Shown here: piece after piece, positions 53,465 through 60,156 of the stretch | Numbering within the stretch: position 1 is the first letter of the stretch | Layout: each line of letters opens with the position of its first letter | DNA from: Limnohabitans sp. | Lineage (GTDB): Bacteria > Pseudomonadota > Gammaproteobacteria > Burkholderiales > Burkholderiaceae_C | Assembly: GCF_031538885.1 (NCBI RefSeq) | Contig: NZ_JAVKLW010000053.1 | Span: 25,158 to 89,157 of the forward strand | DNA: 64,000 nt | Reading direction: 5' to 3' | Notes under the pieces: generated by a model | Told to the model about the DNA's origin: nothing | Seen by the model: only the letters and a program-made list of their open reading frames with translations | The model's database searches: none | Translations under genes and position numbers: made by a program

Positions 53465-53661
53465 AAATCGAATATGACCAACAGGCCGATGCTATGTACA
53501 TCCGTCTACGCATGGGCACCGTGGCTGAGAGTGACGAGGTACGCCCAGGCGTGGTGCTTGACTTTGATGCGTTAGGCCGCGTGCTAGGCATTGAAATGCT
53601 TGACGTGAGCCAACGCACCGACAACCCGCGCGAGCTGGCCATGGAGCTGGTCGGTGCCTGA
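53461..53661 (+). CDS. DUF2283 protein (putative antitoxin)
   Basis: MKIEYD..ADAMYIRL, GVVLDFD..GRVLGIEML. Confidence 0.9.
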   Translation: MKIEYDQQADAMYIRLRMGTVAESDEVRPGVVLDFDALGRVLGIEMLDVSQRTDNPRELAMELVGA

Positions 53662-53872
53662 TGCACTACTCACCACCCGCGTGGGGGCGGCTGAACTGAG
53701 AGCATCGAGGGCCATGACAGGCATGTCGCAGGCTGAGTTTGCCAACGCTTGCCGCGTATCTGTGCGTACGCTGCAAGAGTGGGAGCAGGGGCGCAAAGTG
53801 CCAAGCGGTGCAGCACAAAGCCTGCTGAAGCTGGTCAGCCGTCACCCCGAGTTGTTGGCCGAGTTGGCGTAA
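53654..53872 (+). CDS. XRE-family HTH protein (YiaG/MqsA C-terminal-like)
   Basis: MSQAEFA..VSVRTLQEWEQGR..PSGAA..LL; GGAG RBS, 8-nt overlap with DUF2283. Confidence 0.85.
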   Translation: MPDALLTTRVGAAELRASRAMTGMSQAEFANACRVSVRTLQEWEQGRKVPSGAAQSLLKLVSRHPELLAELA

Positions 53873-53917
53873 AAACCGCACTTGGCAGGTTTGTCCTAGT
53901 CTCGCTGCATTGTTAAA

Positions 53918-54120
53918 AACGATAAAGGAGAGTGGAAATGAACATGACTGACGTGATAGCTCCGTGGGCGGCCGTCAATGCGGCCTTGGGTTTGGCTGCC
54001 CCAGTGCGTGACGAAGCCCACCACGCCGAGTTGCTGGCTTTTGTGGCCGACTGTTTCGAGCAGTTTGGGGCAGATTAAGAGCACCCTATTTTTTCTTTGG
54101 TTGGGGTGGTGGCGCGTCGG
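53918..54120 (+). pseudogene. higBA remnant: last higB codons plus truncated higA with a premature stop
   Basis: NDKGEWK* overlapping ATG 53938; MNMTDV..PVRDEAHHAELLAFV..GAD*EHPIFSLVGVVA. Confidence 0.65.
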
Positions 54121-54414
54121 TTTGGGTTGAAGGCTGACAAAAGTCCATTCGGTAGTGCCGTCAATCGGAGCTTGCATAAAGGCACAGGCTGGCTGCGGTA
54201 TGGCAAGCGCAGACATGGCGGTGTAGCCGAACCATTCGTTGAACAAGCCGCGCGGCGCAGATGTAGGAAAGTGCTTGACGTAGCCCCTACAAAGCTCACC
54301 CGTTGGCGACATCAATTGCGCTAGGTGGGTGAAGGCACGAGCGCCACCATGTTGCTGCTGGATTTTTCTAACGTAACAAGTTGAAGGCCAGATTTGCGGC
54401 GCTTTGAGAGGCAT
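54121..54414 (-). pseudogene. HipA-like kinase, N-terminal fragment only
   Basis: THLA..GELCRGYVKHF..RGLFNEWFGY..MSALAIPQP; similarity stops at the junction with the higA remnant. Confidence 0.6.
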
Positions 54415-54420
54415 CTATTT

Positions 54421-54876
54421 TTAAAAAGTGGGGGTGGATTGATCGACTTTGCCAGTCGGCGGCTTGCCCGCGAAGGCTGCTGTCTCGGTGGCTGGGTGGG
54501 CGGGCGTGTTTCCAGCGCTGCCTAGCACCTCTAGGATGTCTTGTTTGGTGGTTTGGCGCAGCCCCACGACGAAGATGGATAGTAGGCTTGCAGCTTCTTT
54601 GCGCTGCTCATGGCCCAGCTTCTCGCAGGCAGTCTCGATCACGTCTAGCGCCCCGGACACCGTAGGTGCAGCCCCCGCACTGCTGACGTTGCCAGATTCG
54701 GGGCGCATGGGGCCAAACCTTATCGCAATGTCTCGTTCAATCTTTGCCCCTATTGGTCTTTTTGCAGCGAGCCACTGATTGACCTGTGATGGAGACTTTC
54801 CAAGCATGAGCGCAAAGCGGGCTTGGCTGCCCTCTGCGTGCTTGTCTATCAGTTTTTTGAGCTGCTCAATTTTCAT
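54421..54876 (-). CDS. CI-like prophage repressor (HTH, no S24 peptidase domain)
   Basis: GSQARFALMLGKSPSQVNQWL HTH; divergent from cro. Confidence 0.85.
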   Translation of the reverse strand: MKIEQLKKLIDKHAEGSQARFALMLGKSPSQVNQWLAAKRPIGAKIERDIAIRFGPMRPESGNVSSAGAAPTVSGALDVIETACEKLGHEQRKEAASLLSIFVVGLRQTTKQDILEVLGSAGNTPAHPATETAAFAGKPPTGKVDQSTPTF

Positions 54877-54883
54877 GATCTTC

Positions 54884-54942
54884 ACTTTAGCAAAAGTTTA
54901 TTTATCTTTGATATTGACTTTTATGTTTACTAATGCTACATT
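54884..54942. promoter_or_regulatory. pR/pRM divergent promoter-operator region
   Basis: pR TTGACT(54914-54919)-17-TACATT(54937-54942); pRM extended -10 TG-C-TAAAGT on the minus strand; operator repeats shared with pL. Confidence 0.8.
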
Positions 54943-54948
54943 CTTGGC

Positions 54949-55200
54949 ATGGAAATTAAAGACTACCTTGATAAGACATCAACTGCGGGACACCAACTAG
55001 CCGCGCTTATTGGGATTGCCCCTTCATACCTCAGCCAGATGATCGCTGGTCACAGGCCGTGGAAGCCTGCGCACTGCACCGCCATCGAACGCATCACTGG
55101 CGGCAAGGTGACCCGCCAAGGCCTCCGCCCCAACGATTACTGGCTGATCTGGCCAGACCTCCAACAACCCGCCGAGGCGAAGGATGTGGCGAATGCTTAG
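54949..55200 (+). CDS. Cro/YdaS-like repressor
   Basis: LAALIGIAPSYLSQM, AIERITGGKVTRQGLRPND..LIWPDL. Confidence 0.88.
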   Translation: MEIKDYLDKTSTAGHQLAALIGIAPSYLSQMIAGHRPWKPAHCTAIERITGGKVTRQGLRPNDYWLIWPDLQQPAEAKDVANA

Positions 55201-55687
55201 ACCATTGATTCCCCTTGAAAAAGAGCTTGCGCGCTGTTTGGTTTTGACTGAATCGAAGACGACTTTAGAGCTGGCGACGCGCATCGCCCATGAGTTACCA
55301 ACTGGTGCAGATGCAGCTATGGGGGCGCAGTCCGCGCTGAAGTTGGTGTACGGACTTTTAAGAGCGTTGCAAGTCACCCCCGAATGTGAAGGGTTCTGTG
55401 ATCGATGTTTTCCGGGATGTCCCCAAGGATCACCGTCACATGCCACGCCAAAAGCTCCTGATGGTTGTCTGGGTTGCGTCGGATTGTGTAGTGAACCGAT
55501 AACACTAAAAAATCCCGAACCTCTCCCCCTAAATGCTCCACCAGTTGATGCCGAACGACTTCGCCAACTCTTGGTATTGGCATTCCTTCCTGAATTGCTA
55601 GGGGAACGTCCGTCAATTTGTACCCAGCGGGTACGGATGCATACGTGTTTTTCGAGCGTGAGTTTTTGCGCTTGCAAAACGAAATGA
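55193..55687 (+). CDS. Hypothetical ORF between cro and cII (may be partly spurious)
   Basis: ATG overlaps the cro stop; 3' half overlaps a more protein-like minus-strand ORF. Confidence 0.3.
   Translation: MLRPLIPLEKELARCLVLTESKTTLELATRIAHELPTGADAAMGAQSALKLVYGLLRALQVTPECEGFCDRCFPGCPQGSPSHATPKAPDGCLGCVGLCSEPITLKNPEPLPLNAPPVDAERLRQLLVLAFLPELLGERPSICTQRVRMHTCFSSVSFCACKTK
55374..55616 (-). CDS. Hypothetical reverse-oriented protein, possibly frameshifted at its 5' end
   Basis: PIPRVGEVV..DFLVLSVHYTI beta-rich pattern. Confidence 0.4.
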   Translation of the reverse strand: MTDVPLAIQEGMPIPRVGEVVRHQLVEHLGGEVRDFLVLSVHYTIRRNPDNHQELLAWHVTVILGDIPENIDHRTLHIRG

Positions 55688-55714
55688 TGGCTGAAGAAGC
55701 TGTGGAGTGAAGTC

Positions 55715-56023
55715 ATGACTGAATCTTCTCACTCAATATCTGAGAGGTCACGCAAGAACGAACGCGCGGTCTTGCATGCGCTTGCAGAGGCTGGCCAATC
55801 TGAAATCGCAAAGCGAATGGATGTGAGCGAATCCACAGTTAGCCGCATGAAGGATGGGCAAATTGCCGCTGTGTCTTCGCTTCTCGCCGCATGCGGCCTG
55901 AAGGTTGTACCAGAGCAATTTAAGTGCATTGACCCAGCAAAGGCGCAGGCAATGGTCACGCTATACGAAGCGGCCATGGCACGTATTGAAAACCCTGTTT
56001 CCTTACTTTGGGGGGATGAATGA
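55715..56023 (+). CDS. CII-like transcriptional activator
   Basis: GQSEIAKRMDVSESTVSRMK, LLAACGLKVVP; position after cro. Confidence 0.85.
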   Translation: MTESSHSISERSRKNERAVLHALAEAGQSEIAKRMDVSESTVSRMKDGQIAAVSSLLAACGLKVVPEQFKCIDPAKAQAMVTLYEAAMARIENPVSLLWGDE

Positions 56024-56454
56024 TGCGGATCGCCCAAAGTGAAACCTCCCTCGATGCCTACCACTCACTACCCGTGGCGGGTTACCTCCAACCCAAAGAA
56101 CAGCAAGTCATGGCGGCATTCAAAGGCCGCGCCGACACTTTCACGCGCCAGCAGTTGGTTGATGTGGTCGGTATGCCGCTCCATTGCGTGTGTGGGCGCA
56201 TCAATTCACTACTGAGCAAACGGGCGCTGCGCGACAGGCTGGATTACGCGGTCGAGCGCGGAGCGACGAAAAGCAGCCTCTACCCAACACCGACGACAAA
56301 CATTACCGAGGGAACACATGGTGGGCAACTGAACCCGACGTGGGTCGAGTGGCTCATGGGGTGGCCGCTCGGGTGGAGCGAATTAAAGCCCTTGGAAATG
56401 GACAAGTTTCGCTCGTGGCGGCAACAGCATGGAGACTTCTCAAAGGACGGCTAG
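56020..56454 (+). CDS. Chimeric ORF: phage winged-helix N-terminus fused to a C5-methyltransferase-associated peptide
   Basis: ETSLDAY..TRQQL..VGMP...VCGRINSLL, then GQLNPTWVEWLMGWP. Confidence 0.6.
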   Translation: MMRIAQSETSLDAYHSLPVAGYLQPKEQQVMAAFKGRADTFTRQQLVDVVGMPLHCVCGRINSLLSKRALRDRLDYAVERGATKSSLYPTPTTNITEGTHGGQLNPTWVEWLMGWPLGWSELKPLEMDKFRSWRQQHGDFSKDG

Positions 56455-56462
56455 ACACATGA
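56222..56462 (+). pseudogene. 3' remnant of a phage C5-cytosine methyltransferase
   Basis: WWATEPDVGRVAHGVAARVERIKALGNGQV (motif X region); stop overlaps the replication gene ATG. Confidence 0.7.
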
Positions 56463-57244
56463 TTAAAACAGACACTTGGATGCCACTTTATGTGTCCGAT
56501 TATTTAGCGGACACAGCCCACCTCAGTACCGAGGAACACGGCGCATATTTCCTGCTGCTCATGCACGCATGGGTCAACGGCGGCGCATTGCCTGATGACG
56601 ATGACCGATTACGACGCATCACACGCATGGAAGCGAAGGCGTGGAAAGCCTCGCGCTCAGAGCTGCGGGCGTTCTTCTACCAGCATGAGGGTGTACTGCG
56701 CCATCACCGCGTGGATACAGAATTGCAGCGGGCGCAGGTACTGGTGAGCCAACGGTCAGAGGCTGGTAAAGCATCGGCAGCGAAGCGAAAGGCAGAACGG
56801 GAAGCCCAACGAAACGGCAACGAGAATTCAACGAGCGTTGCAACAACCGTTGAACGGGAAGCCCAACGAAACGGCAAACCTCCACCTTCACATATACCTA
56901 CTAACACAACTACTGAAGTAGTTGCGTTAACTCAGTCTGGTGAAGATGCCCCGCAAAACGCAACCCGCGTCGGCTTGCTGTGCAAGCGGTTGCGTTCGAT
57001 TGGCATTGACGCAGCGCCTCATTTGCAGGCGTGGACTGAGCTTTTACCGAGATATTCCGACGAGCAAATCATCGCTTGTGCCGAAGCCACGCGAGACGCG
57101 AAGCCAGGAAAGCGCATACACCTCAACTACCTTTTGCCGAAGCTCGCGGACGCTTCGATACCGAAAGCAAGCGCTCGAAATTCTCGACAACCGAAGGCTG
57201 AAAACTTCGACTCCATCGACTACGGAAACGGGGGTAAGTTATGA
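56459..57244 (+). CDS. Replication initiator (YdaU/DUF1376 family, lambda O analogue)
   Basis: WMPLYVSDYLADT.HLS.EEHGAY..LL; internal repeats. Confidence 0.88.
   Translation: MIKTDTWMPLYVSDYLADTAHLSTEEHGAYFLLLMHAWVNGGALPDDDDRLRRITRMEAKAWKASRSELRAFFYQHEGVLRHHRVDTELQRAQVLVSQRSEAGKASAAKRKAEREAQRNGNENSTSVATTVEREAQRNGKPPPSHIPTNTTTEVVALTQSGEDAPQNATRVGLLCKRLRSIGIDAAPHLQAWTELLPRYSDEQIIACAEATRDAKPGKRIHLNYLLPKLADASIPKASARNSRQPKAENFDSIDYGNGGKL
56795..56877. repeat. Iteron-like repeats, probable phage origin
   Basis: 26-bp direct repeat GAACGGGAAGCCCAACGAAACGGCAA at 56795 and 56852, with extra CAACGA units between. Confidence 0.7.
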
Positions 57245-58068
57245 ACCCCATAGCCGACACGCTCAAAGGCGGTGGAATTCACTCCGAAGCCAAGACGCGC
57301 ACAGACACTTGCGACACGCACGGCGAGTACGAAGCCAAATGCTTCATCGGTCAAATCTGGTCAAAGTGTCCAGCGTGCAATGCAGAAAATCAAGCGCAAG
57401 AAAAAGCCGATGCCGAAGTAAAAAGCCGTGAAGCCAAATTGCAGGCGTGGCATCGAAAAATTGGCGACGCTGGCATTCCAGAACGCTTCCAAAACCGCAG
57501 CTTGAAATCGTTTGTCGCTGAAAGCGACTCTCAAAAACGGGCATTGGCCTTTGCAAAAACTTACGCAGACGAGTTCGATAAGGTTTTGAAAACTGGGCGC
57601 TCGGCTGTTTTTGTTGGGAAGCCAGGGACGGGAAAAACCCATCTGTCAGCAGGCATTGGTCTTCGCATCATGCACCGCGACAACCGCACGGTGTTGTTTT
57701 CGTCTGTGCTTCGGGCAGTCCGTCGCGTCAAAGAATCGTGGCGCAGGGATAGCGCAGAAACGGAAAGTCAAGCTATAGCCGCACTGGTGTTCCCTGACCT
57801 TTTGATTCTTGACGAAGTTGGGCAGCAATTTGGCAGTGATACCGAGAAGCTGATTTTGTTTGACGTGCTCAATGAGCGTTACGAAAAACGCAAGCCAACA
57901 CTGCTGCTTGCCAATGTGCCGTTGGACGACTACCTAAAAAATCCAAGCGACAAAGAAAAAAGCCCTGGACTTAAGTCGTTTTTGGGTGAGCGAATCATTG
58001 ACCGCTTGCGCGAGGATGGCGGCGAAATAGTCCCCTTCGATTGGGAAAGCATGAGGGGGAAGCTCTGA
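57241..58068 (+). CDS. DnaC/IstB-like helicase loader
   Basis: N-terminal C..H/C..C zinc motif, [16 protein letters not shown]. Confidence 0.9.
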   Translation: MNPIADTLKGGGIHSEAKTRTDTCDTHGEYEAKCFIGQIWSKCPACNAENQAQEKADAEVKSREAKLQAWHRKIGDAGIPERFQNRSLKSFVAESDSQKRALAFAKTYADEFDKVLKTGRSAVFVGKPGTGKTHLSAGIGLRIMHRDNRTVLFSSVLRAVRRVKESWRRDSAETESQAIAALVFPDLLILDEVGQQFGSDTEKLILFDVLNERYEKRKPTLLLANVPLDDYLKNPSDKEKSPGLKSFLGERIIDRLREDGGEIVPFDWESMRGKL

Positions 58069-58078
58069 TGCGATTTCC

Positions 58079-58369
58079 TCAATCCGCTTTGAAGTATCCA
58101 GCCGCCGTGAAGTCTGGCTCTGCCATGAGTGCAAGCCATTCATCGCATTGTTTTGGTTTTTCACGAAACAAATCCACAAGGCTAGGTGACCATCGCGTGC
58201 CGCCAAGACGCTCCTGCACAGCATCGGCAAATAGCTTTAACGCGTTCCAAAGAGCCTCCCCTCCCAACTCGTGCCGTACATCGTCTGCCAAATCTGGCTT
58301 GGCAAGCGTTCGGCAAATTGCTTGCACAACGAACTCGGATTTTTCTTCGCGCCAGTCTGCTGTCGGCAT
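58079..58369 (-). CDS. Hypothetical moron protein (reverse orientation)
   Basis: AAGGAG RBS 7 nt upstream; TAAAAT -10 candidate. Confidence 0.7.
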   Translation of the reverse strand: MPTADWREEKSEFVVQAICRTLAKPDLADDVRHELGGEALWNALKLFADAVQERLGGTRWSPSLVDLFREKPKQCDEWLALMAEPDFTAAGYFKAD

Positions 58370-58434
58370 GGTTGTTCTCCTTGAATCAAAGGCTCAATTT
58401 TACCTGCCGACCTTGAAATTTGGAATCAATACGA

Positions 58435-58680
58435 ATGACAACAAAGGAGTGTGAGCAATGCAAAAAAGCACAAACGAACAAGTGGCGTGGTGGTTATCAG
58501 ATGCAGTGCGTCCAGTGCTGCGCCCGACTGGTTGCGTCAGCCAGACCGTCACGCCCGCATCAGGAGGCAATGCTGGCGGCAATAGCCAGATTCCCGAACG
58601 CACCCACACGCGAGGCGGTTTTGGACTGTCTGCAACGGAACTTTACGGGACACCACTCAACGCCGCCGAGCTTGCTTTGA
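58435..58680 (+). CDS. Small Cys-rich phage protein
   Basis: CEQC...GGY.MQCVQCCARL. Confidence 0.6.
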   Translation: MTTKECEQCKKAQTNKWRGGYQMQCVQCCARLVASARPSRPHQEAMLAAIARFPNAPTREAVLDCLQRNFTGHHSTPPSLL

Positions 58681-58735
58681 GCTATCCGCACGAGTTTGGC
58701 GAGATGGCTTGATTTGATTATTTTGGACATAAAAG

Positions 58736-59089
58736 ATGGCAACAAACCCTAAAAAATTCTTCGCTCTGGGACGCTTGAAGACAGGTGAGCGCAACAAAAC
58801 CGAATCAGCCTACGAGGATTTTCTCAAAGTGCTGCAAGCGACTGGTGACGTGCTTTGGTTTCGCTTTGAGGGCGTGAAGCTGCGCCTTGCTGACAACACG
58901 TTCTACACCCCTGACTTTGCTGTGATGCGTCGTAACGGGCAGATTGAGTTACACGAGGTAAAGGGCTTCTGGCAGGACGACGCAAGGGTAAAAATCAAAG
59001 TTGCCGCCGACTCCTACCCGTTTAAGTTCATTGCCGTGCGACCCAAGCCGAAAAAGGATGGCGGCGGTTGGCAGGTTGAGGAGTTCTGA
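58736..59089 (+). CDS. DUF1064-like PD-(D/E)XK endonuclease (putative resolvase)
   Basis: NKTESAY, FYTPDF, HEVKGFW.DDARVKIKVAA. Confidence 0.85.
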   Translation: MATNPKKFFALGRLKTGERNKTESAYEDFLKVLQATGDVLWFRFEGVKLRLADNTFYTPDFAVMRRNGQIELHEVKGFWQDDARVKIKVAADSYPFKFIAVRPKPKKDGGGWQVEEF

Positions 59090-59565
59090 TGGTGGCGCTT
59101 GATTCGTGGATGTACGGCGACCCTGAGAAGGTGGCGATTCACAAGCAGGAACAACAACTTAAAAAGAAAGATTCATTCATGCGCTACACGCCAAAGCAAC
59201 TACCTCGTGACCTCGAAGATGCTGATCGGTTGCTGACAAAGTTTGGACTGTGGGCGCAAGACCGGTACAAGAAGCGGACGTGCGCCAGTGCCGAAGGCAA
59301 GTACAAGATTCCTGACCCGCCTGACTTCATCCCTCCAAGCGCCTTGATGGCCGACTTCCGGGCGATGGACGTGCACCGAACCTTGCTGCTGGTGCCGCTC
59401 GCCTATCGTTGCGTGGTGCAAGCCCATTACATCCCCAAGCGTGAGCCAGAACACGCGCAGCGCAGCGCAATGCGGGTACCGCGCAAGACATGGGATGACA
59501 CGCTCGTCGCGGGCGTGCGGATGTTTTGGAACAACTGGCGATTGAAAAGTCACGCCATCGATTGA
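59089..59565 (+). CDS. Putative Q-like late regulator/antiterminator
   Basis: L..FG.WA, SAEGKY; last gene before a promoter-terminator unit and the terminase genes. Confidence 0.5.
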   Translation: MVALDSWMYGDPEKVAIHKQEQQLKKKDSFMRYTPKQLPRDLEDADRLLTKFGLWAQDRYKKRTCASAEGKYKIPDPPDFIPPSALMADFRAMDVHRTLLLVPLAYRCVVQAHYIPKREPEHAQRSAMRVPRKTWDDTLVAGVRMFWNNWRLKSHAID

Positions 59566-59674
59566 AAATCTGTGTTACACTTTCACCATCACACGACGTA
59601 TACGTCCAGAGTAGTTTTGAACTTTTCAAAATTAGGGTTGCCTTGCGGCAGCCTTAACTCGCTCTAAAAATATC

Positions 59675-59707
59675 AACCCGCCCAAGGCAACTTCGGCGGG
59701 TTTTTTC
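59675..59707 (+). terminator. tR'-like terminator before the late genes
   Basis: AACCCGCC-12 nt-GGCGGGTT followed by Ts. Confidence 0.75.
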
Positions 59708-59727
59708 ATTCCTGAAGGATTTGCACC

Positions 59728-60156
59728 ATGCCCGGAGCCAAAGGGCGCTCCGGCGGTGCGCGCAAAGGCGCTGGACGCGCAACATTCAAACCAACAAGCG
59801 AGCAACGCGCACTCGTTGAAAAGCTTTCAGCGTTCGGCATTCGACTTGATGAAATGCCCGTGTTTGTCATGGGCGCGACGGGCAAGCCAATCAGCGAGCC
59901 AACGCTCAAAAAGTACTTCAAGAAGGAAATCGAGCATGGCAGGCTGAAAGCCAATTTCAAGGTGGCGAATGCGCTCTACAAAAACGCGGTCGAGGAAGGA
60001 AATACGACCGCGCAAATTTTCTGGTTAAAAACCCAAGGCGGCTGGAGAGAGCCACAGCGCGTTGAACTGACGGGCAAAGACGGTGCGCCGCTAATCCCCA
60101 CCAAACTAGACGACATGACTGATGAGCAACTCGCAGCGATTGCAGCAGGCGGCTAG
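59728..60156 (+). CDS. terS: Terminase small subunit
   Basis: GGARKGAGR, TLKKYF..E, TAQIFWLK..GGW, ELTGKDG. Confidence 0.85.
   Translation: MPGAKGRSGGARKGAGRATFKPTSEQRALVEKLSAFGIRLDEMPVFVMGATGKPISEPTLKKYFKKEIEHGRLKANFKVANALYKNAVEEGNTTAQIFWLKTQGGWREPQRVELTGKDGAPLIPTKLDDMTDEQLAAIAAGG

Noticed and set aside
55024-55716. 230-aa minus-strand ORF across cro
   Set aside because: Largely antisense to cro, with no RBS or motifs
55772-55785. TTGC-N6-TTGC as the CII site of pRE
   Set aside because: It lies on the rightward strand, opposite to what pRE needs, has no good -10, and no matching site was found near int
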